DNA from: Chrysomallon squamiferum
Lineage: Eukaryota; Animalia; Mollusca
Assembly (NCBI GenBank): GCA_012295275.1
Contig: CM022672.1
Location: 1,364,001-1,428,000 of the forward strand
DNA length: 64,000 nt
Direction of reading: 5' to 3'
The notes beneath the pieces were generated by a model. The model did no database searches, was not told the origin of the DNA, and saw nothing but the letters and a program-made list of their open reading frames with translations. A program made the translations under genes and the position numbers. Below, piece after piece: positions 44,783 to 57,605 of the stretch (the stretch's first letter is position 1; each line of letters starts with the position of its first letter).

Positions 44783-45588
44783 GTATGAATATCTGTTGTA
44801 TGTATAGCTGTGCGTTTTGTTGTGATTTTATGTACGACTTCACTTCATCTTGTTTCTCTCTCTAAGGCACATACACTGCCAAACATCGAAACTAAACTCT
44901 AACTTGATAACTACTTTTAAAATCCAAAGTACCAAACGCTCGAAAACTATTTCTAACCACAAAGGAACAAAAGTGCAGAAACATGCTTCAATTTGCTACT
45001 GTGCTTAGAAAGATAATTAAGGATATTTCTATCAGGCAAGCAACACTGTTTTCACTGATATTTTGTTGTTGTTGCTGTTGTTGTTATTGTTGTTATTCTT
45101 TTATTATTACTATAATTTTTGTTCTCTCTTTTGTTTTGTTTTGTTTTTTTGTTTGTTCATTTGTTTGTTTCTTTCATCTATTCCTTTTATAAATGCATTT
45201 TATTGTTTGAGAGAATATTATTGTTCAGTGGTAAAATATATGATGGTTGCAAGGTTAAACGTAGTTCAGGTTATTTTCCCGCCCCAAACAATACATCCAT
45301 GATTGATATATTAAAGACTCTAGCATAAGCTGCTAAACTATAAGTATAATCCAGGATTTGGAAGTCTAGATAAATTATTCAAAGTACTGCACAGGGTTTT
45401 CATAAATAATGTTAATAACAGGAACAATAGTAACAATATTAACAATTAAATCAACGAAACTGTAACAGTAAAGAAAAAAATACAACAACAATGGTAACAG
45501 CAGCAGCAGCAATATTAACAAGATCAAACAATAATGATAACAACAATAATTGATAATAATGAAAATAACAACAACAAAATAATAATAA

Positions 45589-45623
<35 letters not shown>

Positions 45624-46492
45624 TAATAATAATATCACTAATACACAAAGAACCATGGAATACACCTAAAGCAACAACAATAATAAAAAAAAAGAAAGAA
45701 AGAAAGAAAGAAAGAAAGAATAATAACCAGTAAAGACGATCGTTCAAAGTAACAGTAATAATGATGATAAATTCTAAAACTCTCTTTTATTCAATAAAAC
45801 TCGAGCAATCAACGTCATCCATTCAACGTGGTTATCAAACTGAAAAAAGAAAGGAACGCCTACGTTTCCATCCAGTTTCGTTAACGTTAAGTCCATGCTG
45901 TCTCCGCTGGTTCAAGTCGTAATCCGGACTTCTAAGATAACGCAAAAAAATCTGCCAATAAAACAGCGCTCCAGCACAGCTACATCTGAACACGAATCCT
46001 TACGTAACAAAAAACAGCTGTGGTACGCCACTGTTTCGGTCACAGATCGAAAGATAGATGCATTTTTATTAGTATATTTAACATCGTTTGTACCGGCTTA
46101 AAAAGATCAGCGGTAAGTGCGAGTAAGTCGAATTAAAAGTACATGGTCGATTTCGAATTACGCAGTGCTGGTTTTGCTGTAGATATTGTTGTTATTGCTG
46201 TTGTTGTAGATGATGATGATTATTATGATGTTGATGCTACTGCTGTTGTCGATAATATTTTTACTGCTGCTGGTGTTGTCAGTGTTTGTTGTATGATTTT
46301 TCATCGTTGTTTTTGTGATTTATTTATTAATATGTGTGTGTGTATGCTGTTATTAATGATGATATGGTGATGATGGTAATGATGTTACCTCTACAGATTT
46401 TCTTATTACATTTCTAGATTGTGTTTTAATTATCGTCGTCATCATCATCATCATCCTCATAATATCAATAGTTATCATCATAATTATTGGTT

Positions 46493-48897
46493 TACTAACT
46501 GCACTAGAACACACTGGTAGTACGCAAACACGTAAAACGACTAACTGCACTAACACACACTAGTAGTACGAAAACACGTAAAAAGACTAACTGCACCAAC
46601 ACACACTAGTAGTACGCAAACACGTAAAACGACTAACTGTACCAACACACACTACTAGTACGCAAACACGTAAAACGACTAACTGCTCCAACACACACTA
46701 GTAGTACGCAAACACGTAAAAGGACTAACTGCACTAACACACACTAGTAGTACACAAACACGTAAAAGGACTAGCTGCACTAACACACACTAGTAGTACG
46801 CAAACACGTAAAACGACTAACTGCACTAACACACACTAGTAGTACACAAACACGTAAAACGACTAACTGCACCAACACACACTAGTAGTACGCAAACACG
46901 TAAAAGGACTAACTGCACTAACACACACTAGTAGTACAAAACACGTAAAACGACTAACTGCACTAACACACACTAGTAGTACGCAAACACGTAAAACGAC
47001 TAACTGCACTAACACACACTAGTAGTACGCAAACACGTAAAACGACTAACTGCACTAACACACACTAGTAGTACGCAAACACGTAAAACGACTAACTGCA
47101 CCAACACACACTAGTAGTACGCAAACACGTAAAAGGACTAACTGCACTAACACACACTAGTAGTACGCAAACACGTAAAACGACTAACTGCACCAACACA
47201 CACTAGTAGTACGCAAACACGTAAAACGACTAACTGCGCAAACACGTAAAACGACTAACTGCACCAACACACACTAGTAGTACGCAAACACGTAAAACGA
47301 CTAACTGCACCAACACACACTAGTAGTACGCAAACACGTAAAACGACTAACTGCACTAACACACACTAGTAGTACGCAAACACGTAAAACGACTAGCTGC
47401 ACTAACACACACTAGTAGTACGCAAACACGTAAAACGACTAGCTGCACTAACACACACTAGTAGTACGCAAACACGTAAAACGACTAGCTGCACTAACAC
47501 ACACTAGTAGTACACAAACACGTAAAACGACTAACTGCACTAACACACACTAGTAGTACGTAAACACGTAAAACGACTAACTGCACTAGCACACACTAGT
47601 AGTGTAAAACACGTAAAACGACTAGCTGCACTAGCACACACTAGTAGTGTAAAACACGTAAAAGGACTAACTGCACTAACACACACTAGTAGTGTAAAAC
47701 ACGTAAAACGACTAGCTGCACTAGCACACACTAGTAGTACGTAAACACGTAAAACGACTAACTGCACTAACACACACTAGTAGTGTAAAACACGTAAAAC
47801 GACTAGCTGCACTAGCACACACTAGTAGTACGTAAACACGTAAAACGACTAACTGCACCAACACACACTAGTAGTACGTAAACACGTAAAACGACTAACC
47901 AACACACACTAGTAGTGTAAAACACGTAAAACGACTAACTGCACTAACACACACTAGTAGTACACGAACACGTAAAACGACTAGCTGCACTAACACACAC
48001 TAGTAGTACACGAACACGTAAAACGACTAGCTGCACTAACACACACTAGTAGTACACAAACACGTAAAAGGACTAGCTGCACTAACACACACTAGTAGTA
48101 CGTAAACACGTAAAACGACTAACTGCACTAACACACACTAGTAGTGTAAAACACGTAAAACGACTAACTGCACTAACACACACTAGTAGTACGCAAACAC
48201 GTAAAACGACTAACTGCACCAACACACACTAGTAGTACGCAAACACGTAAAAGGACTAACTGCACTAACACACACTAGTAGTACGCAAACACGTAAAACG
48301 ACTAGCTGCACTAACACACACTAGTAGTACGTAAACTCGTAAAACGACTAGCTGCACTAACACACACTAGTAGTACGTAAACACGTAAAACGACTAACTG
48401 CACTAACACACACTAGTAGTGTAAAACACGTAAAACGACTAGCTGCACTAACACACACTAGTAGTACGTAAACACGTAAAACGACTAGCTGCACTAACAC
48501 ACACTAGTAGTACGCAAACACGTAAAACGACTAACTGCACTAACACACACTAGTAGTACGCAAACACGTAAAACGACTAGCTGCACTAACACACACTAGT
48601 AGTACGTAAACACGTAAAACGACTAGCTGCACTAACACACACTAGTAGTACGCAAACACGTAAAACGACTAACTGCACTAACACACACTAGTAGTACACA
48701 AACACGTAAAACGACTAACTGCACTAACACACACTAGTTATACATAAACACGTAAAACGACTAACTGCACTAACACACACTAGTAGTACGTATACACGTA
48801 AAACGACTAGCTGCACTAACACACACTAGTTATACATAAACACGTAAAACGACTAACTGCACTAACACACACTAGTTATACATAAACACGTAAAACG
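46493..48897. repeat. 46-bp minisatellite, about 52 copies
   Basis: Unit ACTAACTGCACTAACACACACTAGTAGTACGCAAACACGTAAAACG repeated head-to-tail with point variants. Confidence 0.97.
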
Positions 48898-49859
48898 GTC
48901 AAAACACGAAGGTTTCGCGACTCCTTGAATTTGGCGGATCATTTCTTCCGTACACGCCCTCCAAACAAAGCCACTCAACTCATCAGCAGCCTTGCTAAAA
49001 TCATATACAACTGCAAAGCGACATTAATAATCAAATGAAATGCTCAATTTAGCAATAACCGGGGGTTCCCTTATTGATCATATCATCCATTTAGAGTCAG
49101 CGGTAAGCAGTCCTAGCCAAAAAAAAAAAAAAAAAAACGTTCCTGCTTAATCGCGACATTATTGCAATTTCTGCGAGATTTTGCCTTCGCTTTGCAAGGA
49201 CTAGTTATGCAGAAGCTTTTTGACCCCGTTCAGCTATTCAGCTTATATTTCGCAAACTTGATAAGACGTTGGAAATATTGATGAAAAACTCGTTTGCGGG
49301 GAATTACATTAATGGGGAAATCAATAAATTTTAAGCACACAAAATATGCGCGCCGAAGCCAGGGTGAACAAAATTTTAAGGAGATGTTTTATATTTTATG
49401 ATAATCGGTAGAGACAAATTAAAAACAAAAATAGAAACTGCAGAAAAAAGAAAAAGAAAGGAAAGAAAGAAAGAAAAAGATTAAAAAGATAAGTTAGATG
49501 AGAGGGAATTGCAACAGGAAAAGAAGAAAGTGAAAAAATGTATTTAATTTTTATATTTATCTTTTTTATGTTATCTTTATTGTCATTATAATTAAATATT
49601 ATTATTATTAACAGTAGTAGTAGTAGTAGTAGTAGTAGCAGCAGTAGTAGTAGTAGAAGTAGTATCTTCTTGTTGTTTATATTATTATTATTATTAGTAG
49701 TAGTAGTAGTAGTAGTAGTAGTATCTTCTTGTTGATATTATTATTATCATCATCATCATTATTTATTTATTTATTTATTTATTTTTTTTTTTTTTTTATT
49801 TTTTTTTTTTTTTTTTTTATTTATTATTTATTTATTTTATTTTTTTTTATTTTGGTTTA

Positions 49860-50110
49860 TTTTTATTTATTTATTTTTTTATATTCCTGTTTTTGTTCCT
49901 TTCTTTTCCTTTATATTTTTTTCTTTCTTTCTTTTATTTGCGGTGGTGTTTTTATTTATTTATTTATTTTATTTTGTTTCATTGATATTTATTTATTTAT
50001 TTTTTTATTCCTGTTTTTGTTCCTTTCTTTTCTTTTTTTTTTTCTTTTTTTTTTTTCTTTCTTTCTTTTATTTGCGGGGGTGTTTTTATTTATTTATTTT
50101 ATTTTATTTT
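49860..50110. repeat. Local duplication of a ~125-bp T-rich unit
   Basis: ATTCCTGTTTTTGTTCCTTTCTTTT and TCTTTCTTTTATTTGCGG each occur twice in the same order. Confidence 0.75.
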
Positions 50111-50991
50111 ATTTTATTTTATTTCATATGCCACAGCAAAAATATAATTAACTGAAAAAGAATAAAAGAATAAAAAAATAAAAATAAAAATAAAAAAATA
50201 AAAAAAGTCGAGACACTCACAATGTTTACGGTAATTCTTAATTAACGTGTTTACGACAATACTCTTTCTTAATCACCCGACGTTTTGCTACAATCGGCGT
50301 ACGTTATAGCGTGTCGTCATAGCAACCAAGGCCGATCACTGACGCTTTCGCTTTGAAAGCCCGTTCACCTCGGTGGCACTGGCGTTTCGGTCAGAATCTT
50401 CGTGCAAAATACCGTGTACAAAATTAGTCTCAGTGCGCCTTAATTTCCATTTTAGATCTAAGAGGCTAATTTCCCTATTTGTTGGCAGTGTTAATTTCCT
50501 TAAGTATATCCGCCTTCCACTGTCGCCAGTTATGACAATACACCGAGCGGCCTGCAATTTCCCAAGCGAAAGAATAACACAACATCTGTATTTGCAAGGA
50601 AAGACAAAACCGATTTATAGGCTTTTCTTTGAAATTATTTTTTATTCCTTGTGTGCAGTTGTACTTACTGTTGTTGTTGGTAGATGAAATTAACTGATTA
50701 AATCAGCCATTAAACCTCCAACAGCTAAAAACAGAACGCTATAATTGTGTGATCGACTAATCAGACTGAAAATAAATAAAAAGAAGCTGTTACTTGTTGT
50801 TGTTATTTTTATACACTGGACTTTTTCTTTCTTTTTTTCTTTCTGCTTTTGCTTTCAGCGTCATAATTATCAGTGTATTAATACAAAATAGGACCTAACC
50901 ACAGTCATTTATGTATTATACACACTTTGCAAACTCGTTTAGTTATTTTGATCGTCTTATAGAATATAGCATTTATTAAACACACACGCAC

Positions 50992-50993
<2 letters not shown>

Positions 50994-51069
<76 letters not shown>
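50994..51069. repeat. (CT)n microsatellite
   Basis: Direct reading. Confidence 0.95.
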
Positions 51070-51071
<2 letters not shown>

Positions 51072-51777
51072 AGACATTACAATGCACGCGATATAATCTG
51101 AATATCTTTCTAATAAGAGTACTATCAGAAGCAGTAACAGTAGCAGTGGGATCAGGATCAGCAGTTGTAGTAATAACAGAAGAAAAAAAAACCCACGCTC
51201 CACATTGGCGATAACCGGAGACTCAGTCTTTTAAGAAAATTGTTACGATCTTTACAACCCAAATTCATAAATGCTTAATAGTTACATGGTTAAAGTCTAG
51301 ACATTGAATAATCACTGATAATGTGCTTCTATTAAGAAATCCATTTCTATCCTTAAATAAAAACAAAAGCATATTCTGCACGTATTATGAAATCTAGATT
51401 TTTGTTTTTATTTTGACGGAAGCAGAAATAATATTTATAATGATTTTAAATATAACGTGACAAAAAAATGTAAACTAAGTTCATAAATTCCAGTAAAGAA
51501 TACTTACCTTATAGCCGTTTACTTTTCTTTCTAAATCATAGTCTTTTGTCACTTAGGCGTACCCTATCTGTCTGCTGTCGTCTGCTAAATGACGTATTTC
51601 GATTACTGTTATCCTTTTTACACCACGAAATCACGACGTCAGAAGCGAAGGTAAATCGTTAATAGTCGGCAACTTACGTAATTAATTTATAATTTTTAAA
51701 ATTGCAAATATTCATACCGGACTAGTATTTTTAGTAGTAGTAATATTATTTCTGGACTGTCCGGTTTGTGGTCTTAG

Positions 51778-51834
<57 letters not shown>

Positions 51835-52040
51835 GTTATTATTTTAATTTTTTAATTTATTTATTTATTTATTTATTAACTTTTCTTTCCTTAATTCTTT
51901 CTTTCTTTCTTTCTTTCTGTCTTTCAGTGTCAACGTATCGAAATTCAAGGATATTAAATCTGTTTTGTTTCGGGGTTTCTTTTAGAAAATACATCATGCG
52001 GATTGCAAAAATCAAAAATAAAGGCAAACAGCAAATCAAC

Positions 52041-52046
52041 TTTATT
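52041..52046 (-). promoter_or_regulatory. Candidate polyadenylation signal AATAAA for the lectin-PAN gene
   Basis: TTTATT on +, about 710 nt past the stop; the motif is common in AT-rich DNA, so support is weak. Confidence 0.3.
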
Positions 52047-52118
52047 ATATATATCATAAATATATACATGAAGCAATAATAACTTTACAAAATTACATAT
52101 AATATGATCTTAGTTAAT

Positions 52119-52163
<45 letters not shown>

Positions 52164-52758
52164 GTGTGACTGTGTGTGGGTGTGTCTGTGTGTGTGGGTG
52201 TGTCTGTGTGTGTGGGTGTGTGGGAGTGTGCGTCTGCTGTAATTAAACAGAACATGTTTCTCAAAATAATATTATTTTCATTTCTTGATAGAAAACATTA
52301 CAATTTCGCAGTGTAATTATCTTTCTTCTTCTTTCCTTTAGTGTTGACACTTATCATGACTGACTGAGATCATTATCATCATCATCATCGTTATAATCGT
52401 CATCATTATGAGTTCTTTACTCTCCTTTATCATTTATCAGACATTACGTCACGGTAAAACGTTGCTATGCATCATTTACTGCAATTATCAAATAATAGGA
52501 AAAAGCGTAGCAGAGTCTTACATATTTTAATAACGTCCTGATCAGCATACGACTGAAGAGATACAATCAGCAGTTATAACCTGATCGTTTAATTATCACA
52601 GAATTCATAGTGTTCTATATTTCATCAACTTTTTGTACAATGTATAGTTGACGGGCAGTCACATCAGCATTTTTGAGTTATCACAGAAGTCGACAAAGTG
52701 ACCGAGTAAATTATATATATATATATATATGTTGTTTTTTGTTGTTGTTTTTTTGTTT

Positions 52759-53616
52759 CTATGGAAACAGTTTCTTCACGAGGTATTTTATCTGATACAC
52801 AAGGGTGACGCTGTCGAGCAGAAACAGTCCGATGATCGTCAGAGAAAGAAACAAAATGGCCGCGTATCCCGCTGTCTGGGCGCTCGGTCGTGAGTCCTTC
52901 GCGCTCGTTTTCGTGCGCAGCGCTTTCGACGTGGACTTCGGCTTCACCAACAGCTTCTTCTTGATCTCCGTGATCAGCTCGTTTGTCCTCGCCGTACTAA
53001 AATTCAACTTACATCTGCAGGCACACGAGTAAGGCGTAGTTGTCGGCGTCACTGAAGATGAAGGCACTACTGACGATGTTGTAATTGAAGACGTTGGTGG
53101 TAATGTCATTGAAGACGTTGATGGTAATGTTATTGACGACGACGGTGCTATTGAAGTTGCTGACGATGACGATGCTGATATTGGTGATGATGATGATGAT
53201 GGCGGTGGTCTTGGTGTTCCTGGTGTTACTGACGATGATGGCGGTGGTCGTGGTGTTCCTGGTGTTACTGACGATGATGGCGGTGGTCGTGGTGTTCCTG
53301 GTGTTACTGACGATGGTATCGGAGGTGTTTCTGGTGTTGTTGATGATGACGACGGTGTCGCTGATGCTGATGAAGAAAGCACAATCAGAGAAGGCTCTAT
53401 CAGCAAACTGTCTGTGCTGAGAATCAGATTGTTATAATCTGGAACCACAGAAGAAAAATAAACGGCTGAGGAAAAGATTGCACTGCTAGCTGACACACGA
53501 CTTGAAGACGCAGGTACTGAGTCCGGAGTGGAAGGAGAAATGTGCGACGATGTGGAATCTGATGTCTGCACTGGACGAACATCTGAATCGCTATTAAGGC
53601 GAGGGTTGCACATCAC
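52759..53616 (-). CDS. Terminal exon: Ser/Thr/Pro stalk, CACRC, juxtamembrane motif, TM helix, short tail, stop
   Basis: 285-codon ORF with GC-richer, coding-like composition; S/T/P-rich stretch; hydrophobic segment [19 protein letters not shown]; ends KKLFP-TAG. The exact 5' acceptor is uncertain (53631, 53616 or 53582). Confidence 0.88.
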   Translation of the reverse strand: MMCNPRLNSDSDVRPVQTSDSTSSHISPSTPDSVPASSSRVSASSAIFSSAVYFSSVVPDYNNLILSTDSLLIEPSLIVLSSSASATPSSSSTTPETPPIPSSVTPGTPRPPPSSSVTPGTPRPPPSSSVTPGTPRPPPSSSSSPISASSSSATSIAPSSSITLPSTSSMTLPPTSSITTSSVVPSSSVTPTTTPYSCACRCKLNFSTARTNELITEIKKKLLVKPKSTSKALRTKTSAKDSRPSAQTAGYAAILFLSLTIIGLFLLDSVTLVYQIKYLVKKLFP

Positions 53617-53742
53617 CTGTTACATCATGACCTGAAAACGCGTTATATTTGGATAATCAGTTATGTATTATAACCAAATGTATGTACACACACACACAGA
53701 CACACACACACACATATATATATATGTATGTATGTATGTATG

Positions 53743-53829
<87 letters not shown>

Positions 53830-55255
53830 TTCTATTTGTCGGGTCTGTCGATATGTCGTTTTTATCTAACGCACACACCTAAAATTAAAATAACATATGA
53901 AAGGCATTTGCAATTAAATATTCAGAAACAAAAACAAATGCAGTTATCAGCTATTAATGCTCCAACCAAAATTCAGTATTATCAGTACAGATGCTAATAA
54001 AACACTAGACAAAATATGTCACTTTGATTTTCAGTTGTATATTTCTCTCAAAAGGTTAAGAACTTTCTATTTCCTCTGATAAATCAGTCACGTAACTTTG
54101 GCTAGAATCACAAAATATCTTATAGAAATTGAGTCGAATTGATACAGTTGTCTGTTATGCTTAAAAGCTAAGTTCAAACATGTTCAACCCTGTCTAGATT
54201 CTTAAGAAGAAAAACTGAAAAAGGAACTAAAATAACGATGAAGCATTCTTACCAATTATAAGTGGTTCTGGCTTCCTGCTCAAAGGCGTAATACCACTAG
54301 TGATACCTAGAAACGTAACAGTTTATAATACATTATATACGTTGTAGGAATAAAAAGATATGTTATATATAAGTATGTGAGTGAGTGTGTTTGTGTGCGT
54401 GTGGGTGTCTGTTTGTGTGTATTTATCGTATTTACGTTTCTACATCCATTTGCTATTTTTTGAAACGTCAGGCCTTGCATTTACCTTATTTGTACGTCAA
54501 TGAATAGTTAACCTACCGTATGCACAGGTGATTCTGTGCAGTTTATAGCTCTTGTCGTCTGTCAAATGAGTTCTGTTGAACAAATAGTTTCTGTCTGTTG
54601 ATATGTGGAGGTAGCATTTCTTTCCTACAAATCCGCTATTGTATGAGAATCCTCGGCACTGACTTTGAGACTGACAATCAGAACGGCAAGTATTTATGCT
54701 TAAATAAGTTATGCCGAAGCTCCATTTTTCTTTGTTCAGTGGTCCTCTGACATTGTCTAATATTTCGTAACTACAGGAACCTTAGAACGAATATAACGTG
54801 TTAACGTGAAACCACTGGCACTAGGAAAAAACAGATAGGGGTTGTGGTGGAAGAAGTAGCAGTGTTGTCGAAGTGGAAGCTGATGGTGGTATTGGTGACG
54901 GCAATAGCAGTAATAGTAGTATAGCAGAAGTAGTAGTAATAATTGTAGTATAGCAGAAGTAGTAGTAATAATTGTAGTATAGCAGAAGTAGTAGTATTAA
55001 TTGTGGTATAGCAGAAGTAGTAGTAATGTAGTAGTAGATACAGAAGCAGTTCTATGGGAGGTGTAATAGTGGTAGTAGTAGCAATAGTAATGGAAGTAAT
55101 AATAATAGTAGTATTGTAGTAGAAATAGTAGTGAAGTAGTTGTAGATACAAGTAGAGTAGAGGAGTAGTAGCAGTAGTAGTAGTAAGAGGAGCAGAGGTA
55201 TGTGTCTGTGAAAGAAACTCTACTGAAGACGATGTTAGTAATAATAATAATTAAG

Positions 55256-55297
<42 letters not shown>

Positions 55298-55539
55298 TAA
55301 TATTAATAATAATCATAATAATAATAGAAATAATAATAATGATAATAGAAATAATAGAAATAATAATAATAGTAATAATAATTATAATAATGATGATAAT
55401 AATAATAATAACAATAATAATAATAGTAATAGAAATAATAATAATCATGATTATGATGATCATGATAATAATAATAATAATAGAAATAATAATGATAATG
55501 ATAATGATAATAATGATAATAATAATAATAATAATAATA

Positions 55540-55577
<38 letters not shown>

Positions 55578-56081
55578 AATTATAATAGTAATAATAATGC
55601 TTGCCATTGGTCATCTGACAGACGTATGGCAAATTCAGGTCGCAGGCTGTTGCAAACCACGTATACGTCGTTGTGTTTGTATACACACACTTCGAGTCAG
55701 ACCTGCTGGAAGGTTCTCCAGGGGCCCACGACGTCAGCGTGGACGTCTTACCGGCGACCCACATCACTGTGTTACTCAAATCAAAAAGACCAATCCAGAA
55801 TCTTGGAACCCTTGATAACAAATAACAGAATAAATTGATGGCAAAATGCTGGGACATCATTGCGGTGGTGATAATGTTTTAAAACTGATAAGAAGTTTAA
55901 TGTAAAGAAAGCAAAAAAAACGGTCGACCAAATGTAAGGGTAGCAGGAATCAGACAGCAGTCTTTTGACTCCACGTACATTCTGTGATATTTTCTAATAG
56001 ATTTTAATACTATGAACGGAAATGTAGTTTTGTATTTATGGTTGATCTATCTCTGATCCATGTACATAACATATGTACAGA

Positions 56082-56131
<50 letters not shown>

Positions 56132-57569
56132 CATATTATATATGTGTGTGTGCATGTGTGTGTGTATATACATTAAATTTATAAATACATATATACAGAC
56201 ACACATATACACACAAAAAACACACATATTCACATATATACACAAAAATATATATATATATATATACAGTCACATACATATATATATATATATACACACA
56301 CAGTCAAATACATATATACATACATATAGAAACACATACACACAAATATATGTATATATATATATATATATACAAACACACACACATATACGTACGTACG
56401 TACGTACATACATACATACATACATACATACATACATACATACATACATACATACAAGCATAACAAATACATGAAATTAAAATCAGTAAACTCAATTTCG
56501 CTCATACTTACGTCATTCCAAAAAGTCTTTCTAAGTTAGTTTGGTCGTACAAATTTCTAAGAACAAAGAGCTGTTGACCAATAGCTGCACACGTGTCTCT
56601 AGCTTCGTGCCAGGTCTTGGGAACCGTGAATAACGTGTACACTGAAATAAACACAGACAAAATAAACGTTACGCACATTAATATACTTCAAAACAGAAAA
56701 CATGTTACACACATTAATATACTTCAAAACACAGAATAAATGTTATACATATTAATATACTTCAAAACACAGACAGAATAAATTCTACACATTTTAATAT
56801 ACTTCAAAGCACAGACAGAATAAACGTTACACAAATTAATATACTTCAAAACACACACAGAATACATGTTACACACATTAATATACTTCAAAACACAGAA
56901 TAAATGTTATACATATTAATATACTTCAAAACACAGACAGAATAAATTCTACACATTTTAATATACTTCAAAGCACAGACAGAATAAATTTTAATATACT
57001 TCAAAAAACACACAGAATACATGTTACACACATTAATATACTTCAAAACACAGAATAAATGTTACACAAATTAATATACTTCAAAACACAGACAGAATAC
57101 ATGTTATACACATTAATATACTTCAAAACACAGAGAGAACAAACGCTACACATATTATTATACTTCACAACAGAGACAAACTAAACATTACACTCATTAT
57201 AATACTTCAAAACACAGACAAAATAAATGTTATGCACATTAACATGCTTCAAAACATAGACAGGCATTCAATCACAAACACTCATACCAGACGCCACGTT
57301 TACATAAAGTACATAAAATGACAGATAAATACATGAATAGATTAAAACGGAATGACACCTCTAACCTGTAGCATTGCCGGGTGCGGATATGTTAAGACAA
57401 GATGGTACAGCTTTCAGTGAATTCAGGTCATATCCCGGAATATCTGAAGTATCTAAGTTTGCTAAAATTAATGTAGATGTAATAAAAATATTAATAATGA
57501 TTAGAGCAGGAGGTGTAGTAGTAGTAGTAGTAGTAGCAGTAGTAGCAGTAGTAGTAATAGTAGCAGTGA

Positions 57570-57605
<36 letters not shown>

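Noticed and set aside
52762-52776. C-terminal KKLFP as an ER-retrieval signal
   Set aside because: The lysines are at -5/-4, not the canonical KKxx (-4/-3) or KxKxx (-5/-3).
52805-53420. + strand ORFs of 75 and 111 aa
   Set aside because: Antisense shadows of the real minus-strand terminal exon.
55251-55815. Poly-Ile, poly-Met and poly-Tyr/His ORFs
   Set aside because: Intronic trinucleotide tract; only 55605-55810 on the minus strand is credible coding sequence.
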